From the human T2T-CHM13v2.0 reference genome, Homo sapiens, in NCBI RefSeq assembly GCF_009914755.1, contig NC_060935.1: a DNA stretch of 64,000 nucleotides; one strand, given 5' to 3'. A program made the position numbers and the translations under genes. The notes under the pieces are model-generated. The model ran no database searches, was not told where the DNA came from, and saw nothing but the letters and a program-made list of their open reading frames with translations. Each line of letters starts with the position of its first letter. Positions within the stretch are counted from its first letter, which is position 1. Of the stretch, positions 1 to 12,020 are shown piece by piece.

Positions 1-2870
1 TGCTTTATGTCCTAACATTTGTTCTCTAGCATTTCCTGTAAGACAGCTCTGATGGTAATAAACTCCCTCAGTTTTTGTTTGTCTGGCAAAGATTTTAATC
101 TCTCCATTATTTGCAAAAAACAGATTTTCCCAGGAACAGTATTTTTGGTTGACACTTTTTTTTCTATAGAACATTGCATATATCATTCCACACTCTCAGC
201 CTATAAGTTTCTGCTCAAAAATCTGCTATTAGCCTTCTTGGAACTCCCTTATATGTTATTGGCTTATTTTCTCGTTTGTTTTCAGAATCTTTCTTTTCTT
301 TGATTTTTGACAGTTTAATTAAAGTATATCTTGTACTCTTGATGAGACTGAATCTTATCAAACATCTTCAATGTTCCTATACCTGTATATTTCTCTTTCC
401 GCAGACGTGGAAAGTATTCTGCTATTATTTCATCAGACAAGCATTCTTTCCCTATCTGTTTCTCTTCTCTTTCTGGGACACACATGATATGTGCATTGGT
501 TCTCATACTGATGTTCTATAATTGCCAAAGGATGTCTTCATTTTTTCTCATTTTTTTCCTTTTGTGTCTCTGACTTGGTAATTTCAAATGATGTGTCTTT
601 GAGTTCATTGATTCTTTATTCTACTTGATCAAATCTGCTTTCAAAGAACTCTATGAAATTTTCAGTTCAACCGTTGTGTCCTTTATGTCCAGAATGTCTC
701 TTTTTTTATGATTTCTTTCTGTTTGTTGAACTTTCTATTTTGTTCATGTATTATTTCTCTGATTCTTTTTAGTCATCCATCTGTGTTTTCTTGAAACTCA
801 CTGAGCATTTTAAAGACCATTATTTTAAATTCACTGTCAGAAAGTTCATAAACCTTTATTTTTTGGGGTCAGCTATTGGTTATTCTTTTTTTTTCCTTTG
901 GTGGTATCATTTTTCTCTTATATTTCTTGATTTTTAGGCTGTGCATTGGTGTCTGCACATTTGAAAAACAAGAAAGTTATTCCAGTCTTTGCATACTGGC
1001 TTTGTCTGGAAAAACCTTTTCCCAGTCATCCAGCAATTCTTGGTAGGGTGTCTGCTGTGGTCTGCAGGTGAACTTGTTGCTGAAGTCTTCAGGCAGGCTG
1101 GCCTGGTGCCTGTGTCAGCAGGTGGTAGGCTTGGTTCCTGGGTCTGTAGAGTTGGGCCTGAATCCTGTATCCACTGGTTGGATATTTTCATTGGGTATGT
1201 GGGGATGAACATAAAGCCTATGTCTATAAGGGCAGGCATACAGCCTATACCAATAAGGGCTGGACTGAAGCCCCTGTCTACAGGGGCTGACATGGCTCTG
1301 ATGTGGGCAATGAGTCTGTGTCTACAAGGGCTGGCTAGGTTGTGGAATGGGCCTAGTGTCTGGGTCTACTGGGATGAGCCTGGAATCTGAGTCGATGGGG
1401 ACTGGCCTGGTACTGGTGCAGGATTAGAGCCTGAATCTGAAGAAACGGGCCTAGGATCTTGGTAGATGGGAGCTGACCTAGAGCCTGTGTCTTCAGAGAT
1501 GGTCCTAGAGCCTTGGTGCATGATGGCCAGCCTAGCGTCAGGGTCTGCTGAACTCAGCCTGTACACTGGGTTTGCAAGAGCACAGCTCGGCTCTGAGTTT
1601 ATTGCATCCTGGGTCACAAAAACCAGCCTGAACCCTGAAATTGGCCTAGGGTTGGAGTGGGGTTGGGGCCAGTCTAGAGCCTGAGATTATAGCTGCTAGA
1701 CTGGTGCCTGTAGCCATAGGAGCTGGCCTAGAAACTGCGGAATGGCCTGGAGGCCGGGTGTGTGAATTCTGGCCTAGAACCTAGGTCTTCAGGGCTAGCA
1801 TGGAGACTAGGTCCACGAAGGCTGCCTAGGGTCCCAGGGCTGGAGGAACTGGACTGGAACCTGGGCCCACAGAAGCAGTGCTAGATACTGGGTCTGTGGG
1901 CACAAGCCCAATAGTGGAGTCAACTGTGATGGGTCTGGACCCTGGGTCTGCTGGAGCATGTGACCCTGGGAACTGGCCTCAAGAGTGGGGTGGCAGAAAT
2001 TAGCTGAGTGCTAGGTTGGCCTGAAGCCTGTGTCTGCAGATGCTTGCCAGATACCTAGCTAAGGGCTAGTGCTAGGGCTGCCCACCTGGAACTGGGGTTG
2101 GCCTGAATCCTGGATTTGTGTGAGCCAACATAGTTCTGGGCTGGTCTGGAACCTAGGGTAGACTTGGAGCTTGTGACCACAGGGGCTAGCCTGGCACTAG
2201 GCAGTCCTGGAGCCCGTATTCACAGGGGCCAGCCTGGAGGTTGGATCGATGGACACTGGCCTGGTCACTAGAGTTCAAGGGGCCAGCCTGGCCCTGGGGC
2301 TGGTGTGAAACCCGGAGTTGTGGAAGGCAGCCTGGTCCTGGGAGCAGTCTGGAGCCTGGAGTCACTGGGGCTGGGCTGGTCCCAGGGAGCATCTGACACC
2401 TAGGGCACTGGGGTAGATCTGGCATTAAGATATATCCAGAAACCATGTCTGCCAGGCAAGTCTGGAACCTGGGCTGTGGGATCTGCTCTGGCTTAGTCTG
2501 CAGCTACGAGCCTGGAGTTTGAGGCCATAGCGGCATACCTATTACTGTATTTCACTGAATCAGGCTGTGTTTCCGTCGAAGGCAAAGTTCAGTGCCCACT
2601 TCCCTTTTCTTCTTCAATACAAAGGTTGCCTCTCTCTGTGCTCTGCTGTCCGTTATTGTGGGAGGGATGACATAGGTAATGTAAAATTGTTCTTCCTATG
2701 CTCTTCAATTCATCTTTTCTTATTTCTCTGCTACACAAAGATTCTGTGTTTTTTCACCTGGTATCCCTAGCTCTTGTGAAGGTATTTTTGTCCACAGATA
2801 GTTGTTTAAATTGATGTTCTTGTGTGAGGATAAGTACTAGAAAGTCCCATTCTGACATTTTGCTGATGTC
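1..2870 (-). mobile_element. Old L1 (L1M2/L1M3-like) 5' portion: ORF1 remnant plus 5'UTR, antisense
   Basis: Minus ORF 315-506 (…IMCVPEREEKQIGKECLSDEIIAEYFPRL) resembles L1 ORF1p (IGVPE…ENIFEEII.ENFPNL). 2550-2870 resembles a recalled L1M 5'-terminal consensus (rev. comp. …tcctattctgccatcttgctgatgtc). Confidence 0.8.
1090..2530 (-). repeat. Degenerate GC-rich tandem array (~30-bp units like GGGCTGGCCTGGAGCCTGGGTCT) inside the L1 5'UTR
   Basis: Many diverged copies of ggcctg/gagcct/gggtct motifs are visible. They explain the cluster of spurious G/P/L-rich ORFs. Confidence 0.7.
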
Positions 2871-3009
2871 TAGTTGTGTGGCATCTCATCAGATTTCTAA
2901 ATAGTGATTTTCAAAGTGCCTCAGCAGCATCAGAGACAGGACTCCTGCTAATTTGGAAAGAAAGATGGCAAACCTTATGTTAAATGATCTTACCAAACAC
3001 ATATATGCA

Positions 3010-3197
3010 AACAATAATGATAATAAATAGAGCAGACAAAACTTTTGGAAGTGACGAATATGTTTATGGCATAGGTTGTGGTGATGGTTTCATGAGTATG
3101 TATTCATCTCTATCTTCATCAAGGTTTATACATTAAACACATACAGCTTATTGTATGTCAATCATACCTCAATAAAATAGTTCTACAAAAAAAAGAA
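3010..3197 (+). mobile_element. L1M 3' end fragment (L1MC/L1MB-like) with AATAAA and A-tail
   Basis: aaacttttggaagtga…ggttgtggtgatggtttc…tacctcaataaaa…aaaaaaaag is a typical L1M 3'UTR. Confidence 0.7.
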
Positions 3198-6100
3198 AGG
3201 TAAACACAACAGAGGAAAACTACTGTTGGCCTATTTCTCCCATTAAGTATGACTTGTATTTCAGAGTTCTGATGGTTACTGAATCTTCCAGATTTTCTGA
3301 TGATAAGTATAATAAGAGAAATAACATGTTAGGCTAGAAAAGATAAAAATATGTATTTGAGGATTAATCAATCAAATTTTCCCTTAACATAATAGGACTT
3401 GTTGTTCAAGATATTCAAGCCAGTACCAGGCTAGAGGGAGAGAAAAGTTCCCAGATCAAATATCTGTGTAAACTAATTCAACTAAAGCCACAAGAGGAAG
3501 AGACTCATGATGAGATATTTGGAGGTACAACATGCAAAATTCATCACAAAGTGGAAACCAGCATCTTACAAAAAAAGAACAACGGCTTGGGATTTAGAAC
3601 GTCTGGGCTCTGGTCTCAAGTTTTGCACATTCAATCATGTGTCTATGCAATCATGTGTCTACATTCCAGGACTTAGTTTCTTGAGACTAGACCATCTCTG
3701 ATAAACTTTCTACCTGATTTTCCTCTCTTTCAGAAAGTTAGGCAGGTGCTCAGATCAACTTTTTCGTCACAAAGGAGGAAGGAAGAAGACTTTGGGTGTC
3801 TTTCTTAACCACAGTTTTATGACATGGGTTTAGAGAATGCATTAGCAGGGACTAAGCAAATAATGAAAGCTAAATTTGGTGTAGAAAAATGGGGAACAGA
3901 AGATGAAAGAATCAGAAAGAAAATATTTAGGAGCAACAAAGAGAGTCCTCTATTGCTTTGTAGTATAGCGAAAGTTCCTGTTTTTCTCTTCTTTAGACTC
4001 TAAGAAAACCAGAAAACATAAGACAGCTTTAGAGCTTTAAAATGTTCTTGGATGCCCCAAGACAAGAAAGCATGTCCTGTGGATCCCACACTTTCCCAAT
4101 TCCCTGATCTAGCTAAAACCATATACAACTTCCTGATTTCCCTGGAGGCATTGAACCTCATCACCAACCCAGAACAGTTTGGCACGAATTGGTCTCTCCA
4201 TGAAGTATCTATACATCCCATTGCTTCCTCTGTAAAAGCTTCAAGATTCCACTTTGGTGTCAAGTTTTTCTACAGGGCAGATTGTTGTTTATTTCAAACT
4301 CCAGAAACCCTCACTCTTTTCTGGGATCCATTTAAATTGGTGCTATCAGGCTTTTTGACCCTAAAGAACCTGTGTTTACTTGGCTCTTCTATGCCTTCTC
4401 ACCAGCCCCCAGTCAGTTAAAACACCTTTCTTTTGCTACAGAAAACTGCAACCACATCTAAAGCCACCATCAGTTCAAGGTCTTCTGACTGAATGAACAA
4501 CCCCTCCCTCAGTGTCCAGATGTGAAGGATCTGCTCAATCACCAAAGCTCCTGAATTAAGAGTTAGGGTGCTCCTTTTTACCATTAGGAGGAACTTCATT
4601 AGAATTCTGAAATAGAGCAAGTATTTCGGGGGAATCCCAGGTCACAGTGCCCACCTGTCATCTTAGAAGCCAGAAAAGAAAACTTTTTCCCTGGAAAGAC
4701 TTCCAGTGAAAGAGAATTTCTCCAGGATTTGAGAGTATGAGAGTCTCTTGGTGAGTTCCCTGTTGAACAGAAATCAGGAATGTACTACTACACAGAAGAG
4801 ATGTACACGCATCTAGTCACTGCCTCGAGGCAATGTTGAAAGAATTTATTATAACTTAGATTGGGATAGAGTGATTCTTTGATCTTTAGGTCTCTCCAAA
4901 GTCCACCAGAAGATCTTGCAAAGGTAAGTCTCCTCAGAAACTCTAGGAAGTTTTTGGATTCTATGGGTAGGTGCTAACAGCTATCACATGTCTTCCTAAG
5001 TTGGCTGCTGCATTCCAGTTTCACATTGCTAAAGGCTAATTAAGGACATTAATATGAACGAAGCATCCCAGAGATCCTAGACACATTGTGAGAATATACA
5101 GAGGTAGCAGCTCCAGCAGCCTCCCACAGACACTCAGCCATGCAGTCCCCATTCCCTGCCATGAGCAACAGTTTCAGGGCTTCACAGGGGTTCAAAGGTG
5201 GCCAGCTTATTGCCACTCTTTGTAGTATGAAGTATACCAAAAAATAAAGATAGATCAAAACATTGATAATATAATAGCTTTAAAATGTGTATATTTTATA
5301 AATGTATGCTCACAACCACAAAAATGCCATGCAATACTGTTGTTCTACTCACAAGATCAGTACAGGAATTATAAAGCATTGATATAGGGTGGATTTCTGG
5401 CAGCATGTAATTGATGGTGAATGTGTTCTCTTCATTGTGTCTGAGTTTCATTGGGTGATATCATTGGTGATAAAGCTGGAATCTCAAATTTGGGACCCTT
5501 TTTGAAAGTAGGGCCATGCCTAAATAGTGTCCTAGGTGTCTACTCCACCATGACCCCCTGAAGGACCTGCGGTGTCCCAAAGGTTGGAAGAAGATTCAGG
5601 GCTAGGCAGCTGGAGAGACCTAGAATCACAGGTCTCTCACACAGCCTGAAAAGCCCAAAGCTGATTAGCATAACCTCAGCACAATTAAAACCAGAATTCA
5701 TTGCTTCCATTCAGAGATCCCATGTTTGTGCCAGAATCCAAGCTGCAATGAGTGTTTCGGGAAGTCACTTATGACTAATACTGAGTATGATGGGACTGAT
5801 ATCAGAGCTGAGCTAGGCCCAGAGGGCCCAGAAGCAGTGACACAGAAGGCTAAACCTTTCAGTTTTGATCCATAGATTAGCTACATCAGAGAAGTGGACT
5901 TGGAGAATCCCCTGCTAGAGTCCTGCAGAATAACCACTCTGTCAGATAGCATGTGTTTCTGGGAGGAAGTCATAGGGGTCTAGTTCCGCCTTATCCCCCT
6001 GCACACCATAAACACGGGCTGAGATCTAGAGAGAGTCCAGAGCTGGTCTGAAAGGCTGATGCAAAGGAGTCTGCTCTGGAACTGAGGTATTCTAAGAACT

Positions 6101-6241
6101 TGGCTATCTCAGCAGCCCTACAGATGGGAGAGGAGCCCTCAGATGGGAGAGAAAGCTATTCTCCTGGCCAAGGTCCTGAGACAGTTTGAAAGAAGCCTAG
6201 GCAGACTTGAGGCAGATTGCAGCTAGCACTGGCACTTGAAT

Positions 6242-6702
6242 TGAAACCTCCCCTGTAGTTCCATGGATAGTTCTTTATATAAACATAGAAATTGACCATT
6301 CTGGTCTTAAAGCTTGAAACTTTTATTTGTTTTCTATGAGTTTCATCCTTGGTAAAGGACCCCTAGGTCCCTCAAAAAGTATAAAAGAACTGAAACTCAC
6401 CAGATGATCCCATCCAGACGATGGCACACCAGGCACCTCATACATTATGATTGCTTCCTTAGGTCTCCTGAGTTCCTGTTTTTCTACCCATTGTAGAAAA
6501 ACCCATTTTCTACCCATTTCTTCCCTGCTATGTAAACTTATAATTTTAGTTGGTCAGGGAGATGGATTTGACACTGAACTGCCATCTCCTCTGCTACAAC
6601 ATCCGATTCAGCCTTCTTCCTTGGCAATAATTGTTGATATGAATTGGTTTTCTGTGCAGTGAGCAGCAGGACCTAGACCACACTCCTGGTGTTTCACTAA
6701 CA
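6242..6702 (+). mobile_element. ERV1 LTR (MER66/MER4-group-like)
   Basis: TG…CA bounded; ends gcagcaggacctagaccacactcctggtgtttcactaaca, matching a recalled MER66-type terminus. Confidence 0.65.
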
Positions 6703-7960
6703 GATTTTGCTTCCCCAGCCAGGAACACTTTGGCTCAGCTGCCATGGGCGAGGAATCTCAAAGTCCTCCTAAGCAGCTGCTTACCCAATTTTGGCTAGAG
6801 ATGAGTACCCTCTCTCTAGGGCCAGCCACAGCTGGCCCCAACCATGTTCCTGATTGCCTTGGGAGAACTGCCTTTGAAATTTGATATCTGCATCCAGATA
6901 GGTGACTCTCCTCTGTGGGCCCAGACAGAAAGATCTCCTCCTCTCAGTTTGGGAAATTTTTAAAGGAATTTCCATTTGCAGTTTGAACAAGCCCAACTTG
7001 TGAAAAGAGGGAAGTACCCTGACTATTTCAGTACGGCCACTCTTAGGAGCTTGTTTGTCATTGTGTGTGTATCCAGGCAAGTGAGTGTCATTTGTGGGAA
7101 CCAGACAGTGGGATCAGCTCCTCTCCATCTGAGAAATTCTGAAGGAATTTTTATTTCAGGTCGATTGAGCCCAACCAATGGAGAGAGGAAGCACCACAAC
7201 TCTTTCACATTGTAGACTTTTGGGGCTTGTTTGATGCTGCAGCAGTTGGATTGTGTTTTAGTAATTGTTTGCATGTGTCTGATACAGTCATGGGAAATTC
7301 GAATTTGATAAACTGATACTCTTTTGTGACACTGTTTGGCTCCAGTATAGTTTGGAATCTGGAGTTTGCTGTTGAATGGGAAAGTGGGCTTTTGTGCTGC
7401 TATTTTAAGCAGGGTCAGGCCAGGTTAATATGTGATGATCTCATGTGGTGCCATTTTTGACCCCAGTGTTCTGGCAGTATAGGGAGTTTTGGCCTTTAAA
7501 AATCAAACTGCCACAGTAACTCCTTTTATTTAAAATTTGGTTCACAGCCTTCCCTGGATTACTTATCAAGGCTAACAAAGTTCAGCCATGTGGACATGTT
7601 TGCAGACAGTTGAGACTATATTACTATCTCATGGCTAGAGTTCCAAGGTAAAAGCTTTTGGATCTTCGTGTGTATATACATATAGATGTGTTTATGTGCA
7701 TGCACACGTATTACATTATATGTTGTGACTAGAAATTGGCTTCTACATAAAAGAACTCTCCTAGATTAAGTAAAAAAGTTTTTTTACATTCACGTTACTT
7801 AAGTAAATTTTTAAGAAGCTAGCATAAAAATTATTGTAATACAAAAATAGAAATGTCTTCAGAATTGTCAGCATACATTTTTTTCGGGGTTTTATGTTTG
7901 TCTCTGCTAGATATTTTGGGGTATCAGAGTGTGGCACAGAAAATTATAAAACTATAACCA
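6703..7960 (+). mobile_element. ERV1 internal 5' leader fragment following the LTR
   Basis: Contiguous with the LTR end; MER4-group internal-like sequence (aaaaatcaaactgcc…ttggttcacagcctt…); truncated by an Alu. Confidence 0.55.
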
Positions 7961-7961
7961 G

Positions 7962-8189
7962 TAGTTTGAGACCAGCCTGCAAAACGAAGACCACCCCCCC
8001 ACCATCTCTATAACATAAAAATAAGACAATTAGCCAGGCACATTGATTCATGCCTGTAGTCCCAGCTAATCAGGAGACTGAGGTGGGAGGATGCTTGAGC
8101 CTTAAAGCTCAAGGTTGCAGCGACTCATGATCCAGCCACTGCACTCCAGCCTAGGTGACAGACTGAGACCCTGTCAAAAAAAGAAAAAG
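7962..8189 (+). mobile_element. 5'-truncated AluJ
   Basis: tttgagaccagcctg…gaggtgggaggatgcttgagcc…gcactccagcct…A-tail. Confidence 0.85.
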
Positions 8190-8229
8190 ATAAGAGGCAG
8201 AGAATGACCATGGGGAACAGGAGCATTGC

Positions 8230-9707
8230 AGAGAAACTAAGGGAACAGTTGTAATTGTTAATAGGATGGTCACAGGATGCCTCATCGAGCAAGTGGCTTT
8301 AAGGTGAAGACTTAAATAAGGTAATAAGGTTTTCTATAGGTATAATGAGAAAACAGAATGCAAGCAGAAGAAAAAGGACAGCAAAGTGCCTAAAGCAGAG
8401 AAGGCAAAGAGATTGAAGTCAGGGACATGACTGGAGGGATGTCAGAGAGGTGACTGGATTCTAAGTCATGGAAAACTTAGAGGGCTGTTATAAGGCTTTT
8501 ATATATCTTTCTCTGAATGAGATTGGGAGTGACAGCAGGAGTTGCACAACAAATAACAAAATGTGGCTTTTGTTTTAAAAAGAGCATTCTGGTTTTACAT
8601 AGAGAAAAGACTAAAGACATTCTCCATCCAGAAAAGACTGCCGAGAACTGTGAAGCATCTAAAAGTTTACAGGGGCACAGATGCAGAAATGCTGGCAGAT
8701 GACACAAGCTTCCAGGTAAAGGCAGGATTTTATATGCCTTCACCAGGCAGAATGAGTTATGTGTTTGTGTCAGTCATCTTTGCTCCACAAGTCCTACAGA
8801 GGAAATACAGAAAGACAGATTAATGTCGCAAATGCAATAGATGTGTGTTGCAGCAAAACTGCCTTCTGCTTCAGAAGAAAGCAGTATCTCTAGCTTCCAA
8901 GCTGTACTCTTTACAAACATCCTTGAAAAGTTAGGAGCAAAGGCTGTCAATGTCTCTGCTCCTAAGACATGCAGAAATGTGAGAGGCATGAAGAATTTTC
9001 TCCCAACCAGAATGAGCAGAATGTCATAATGGATTGGATATAATGTGGGAGGGGAAAAGATACATAAGAGTAATTCCAAGAGTTTTTATTTGAATAGATG
9101 AAAAGGTAGAGTTGCCATCAACTTAATTGAGAAAGACTACAGGTGAAGTAGGCTGGGTGGAGAGGGTGGATAAGGAGTTTGATCTGAGACATAATGAGTT
9201 TGAGATGGCTATTGGGTGGAATCCAAGAGATATGAAACAGGCCATTAGATACATATGTCTTGAGTTTGGAAAAGAGTTTTAATACTAATATAAATGTATT
9301 AGTCATTGGCAAGCAGATTGATTTTAAAGCCATGGGACCAGATGTGATTACCAGGGAGTAAGTGTGGATACAAATGAAGGCCAATGATTGAACTCTAAAG
9401 TGATGCAAAATTAAGAAGTTGGGGAGAAAAGAAGGGTCCACAGAGGAGACTGAGAAATAACCAGTGAAGTTAAAGGAAAACGAAGAGAGTGTGTTTTCTT
9501 GGAAACCAAGTGAGGAAAGTCTTAAAGAATGATCTATTAAGAACAGAAGCAATAACTGATCACTGGATTTAATAACATAGAGATCACTGATGGCTTTAAA
9601 AAATGTTTCAGTAAAATGGTAGCAGCAAAAACCCAGTTAGAGAAGATTAGGAGGAGGATTGGAAATAGCATTTGTAGACAATCCTTTCAATGAATTTTGC
9701 TACAAAG
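8230..9707 (-). mobile_element. L2 fragments, interrupted by an LTR47-like element at ~8649-9008
   Basis: Purine-rich L2 antisense motifs (gagtttgagatg…, gatcactggatttaataacatagagatcactgatg). Confidence 0.6.
8649..9008 (-). mobile_element. ERVL LTR, LTR47-like
   Basis: Reverse complement starts …ttgggagaaaattcttcatgcctctcacatttctgcatgtctt and contains ttttcaaggatgtttgta, resembling recalled LTR47. Confidence 0.5.
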
Positions 9708-10136
9708 TGTTAAAGCAAATTAAATATGGTCTGAGAAGGACTCTGTACTTCATTTGAGTCCTTGTGGGTGAAGAGTAACCTAGCTTAATAGTCAGACAAA
9801 ATTGAAAACCTAATTTAGGAGTGTGCACCTGTAACAATACTTGAATGTTGGCCAGTCCCAGCAGCCTTACATCACCACTCATAGACTGCTGAATGCTCAA
9901 ACTGTGTTTAAATAAGGCAAACGCCCAGCTGACAGCAATCTCACTGTTTCTGTAACTCATTTCTGGTTCCTGGATGTCACTTTAACTTTTTTTCCCTATA
10001 AATTTGTTTTGACCACAAGACACCCCTGGAGCCTCCATGAATCTGCTGTGATTCTGAAGGCTGCTGGATCGATGAATTGTTCATTGCTCAACTAAACTCC
10101 TTTAAATTTAAGTCAGCTGAAGTTTTTATTTTATCA
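9708..10136 (+). mobile_element. ERV1 LTR, MER57B-like (TATAAA at 9997-10002)
   Basis: tgttaaagcaaattaaatatggtctgagaaggactctgtac … gctgaagtttttattttatca follows the recalled MER57B consensus end to end. Confidence 0.85.
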
Positions 10137-10880
10137 GATTGTGTCAGAAGCAGAATCTGAAGTGGAGCTTCTAGTATCCCCAGGAGCACTGAGTAAACAC
10201 AGAAGGTACCTGCAGGATCCACTTGTGTCCATTGATCTCTCAGAGCAGCTGAGGATCAAAGGTAAGCTCCCTCTTGCATTTTGGAGCTTCACACATTTGT
10301 GTTTTGAGCTCTCTGAGTTTCCTTGAGCAAATTTGTGATCCAAACTGGTTTTGGAGTTGCAACAGAAAATGGACTGGGTCTAGGAATGAATTTGATCTGG
10401 GAATTAACTGGCTTGGATCCACTTAGAGGCCACTAACAGTAGAGGCCACTAACAGCTGACTGGGTCATAAAGGAAGTGGTAGTAAGCAGTAATGTCGCAG
10501 CAGTCATAAAATTCGGCTTTGGGAAATTCACAGGGATTTTTGTGTTCTACCCATTTGTTTCATTTTTCTTCTCCACCTAGGTAGGGAAATTCATTGGCTA
10601 AGTTAATCAAAAGAACCTGAGAGTAAAGCCAGTAGTTTCGGTAAAAATGGAATCCTTAATTTCTGAAAAACTGAGTTCTTTCTGGCTTATACATTAGGAC
10701 TGGGAGGCAGAGAAGTCTTACGCAAATGGCAAAATCTTACTAAAGATAACTTAGAGTGGAACATTCCAAATGAAAAACAATGCATTGAACTACATTTAAA
10801 AATGAGGGCTCTCAGTAAAGTCCCTTTTGGCTAAGAACCGGTTTGGCCCTATGGAATGTCAACTGTTATACTCTTTGTCA
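10137..10880 (+). mobile_element. MER57-int 5' leader with degenerate tRNA-Leu PBS (10139-10156) and splice donor at 10261/10262
   Basis: TTGTGTCAGAAGCAGAAT is 14/18 identical to TGGTGTCAGAAGTGGGAT and starts 3 nt after the LTR end; AAG|GTAAGC donor follows. Confidence 0.75.
10138..10261 (+). other. GLYATL1B: Candidate non-coding 5' exon of GLYATL1B (ERV-derived)
   Basis: T-rich tract plus CAG at 10135-10137; strong donor GTAAGC; translation (…SEVELLVSPGA…YLQDP…SIDLSE) resembles the GLYATL1 leader exon as I recall it. Confidence 0.55.
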
Positions 10881-11480
10881 CATTTGTAAGAATTCCAAGT
10901 GTTATATCGAACGAAATTTACAGATATGTTTCAAAATTTTCCATGTTTTTTTCTTATTTTTGTAATGAAACTGGGAAAAATTTCTAAATGGTTATAGATC
11001 TGAAATATTTAGCCCTAAGAAACTAAATAAAATCTTTGCCAACTCCTGCTCTGAGGTTTCCAGTCACAACTGTTCTTAGATATTTTCTATTCCAGAAGAA
11101 AGAAGACTCCTCAGGCATCTGATGTGCAAAATACAAGGAAAAGTTATGGTGATGGTGGTGGAGTGTTCTGCTACAGGCATGTGGGAAGCTCACAGAACTC
11201 TTAATATTCACTTTTATTCATTCCACCAGAGAGGAAATGCATGGGTTTTGGATATGACTCTGTCGTTTATCCCTGTAAGAACTTGAGAAATTTATTTAGT
11301 CTCTCTAAGCTTTGGCGTATTCAAAATGAAGACGATACTAACAGTACCTACATCATGAGTGTTACTTGAATGGAGATGTGTAAAGTGCATTTTAATTTCA
11401 TCTGGTCCTTTAACATTTTCCCTCCACTTCTCTTCAGAGTTTTTTTCTTGAAGGGCTTGAGGACTGAAGCATCCCACAAA

Positions 11481-11558
11481 ATGATTCTATTGAATAATTC
11501 CGAGCGGCTGCTGGCCCTATTCAAATCTTTAGCAAGGAGCATTCCTGAGTCCCTGAAG
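11481..11558 (+). CDS. GLYATL1B: GLYATL1B coding exon 1 (MILLNNSERLLALFKSLARSIPESLK); acceptor at 11437/11438
   Basis: ATG at 11481 (caaaATG), donor AAG|GT at 11559; upstream pyrimidine tract plus CAG. Confidence 0.92.
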
Positions 11559-11789
11559 GTGAAGGAACAGTGGGAGGTTGGGGTATGGGAGTAGGGGTGT
11601 TGAGGATGAGAAACTAACAGGCTCATGAATCTCGTCCTTCCTGACTTTGTGCAGAGGGTTGGAGCTGGGAAACAGGATGGGGTTGGGGACAAAGGAGGCA
11701 TGTTAAGAGCTGCTGCTTCTCCTCGGCAACAGGCAACTAGGCCGACTCTGCAGATTTTATCACTCATTTGGAGAGGTGGTGAAGAATGG

Positions 11790-12020
11790 TGGCTACGAAC
11801 ATCGGTTTGGGGCCAGATTCAATAAATATGCATTGCAAGGCTGCCATTTTTTAGTCAGATATCATTGTGCCTGTGCCTTTAGCTTTCTTTACGTTTGGTC
11901 TTTTCATTAATAAAATGGGAATAATATTAGTACCTACCTCTTAAAGTTGTTGTGGACACTGAATGAATCCATACAATATAAGTGCTAAGTGCATTAACAA
12001 GTGCCCAGCTACTGCACAGT
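11790..12020 (+). mobile_element. MIR
   Basis: taaaatgggaataatattagtacctacctc…gttgttgtgg MIR core. Confidence 0.7.

Noticed and set aside
934-2446. Overlapping 70-130-aa ORFs on both strands
   Set aside because: By-product of a GC-rich, stop-poor tandem array in an L1 5'UTR; no protein family resemblance.
10141-10326. ORF as an in-frame N-terminal extension of GLYATL1B
   Set aside because: It has no ATG, and after splicing 10261>11438 it is out of frame with ATG 11481 and stops at 11449-11451.
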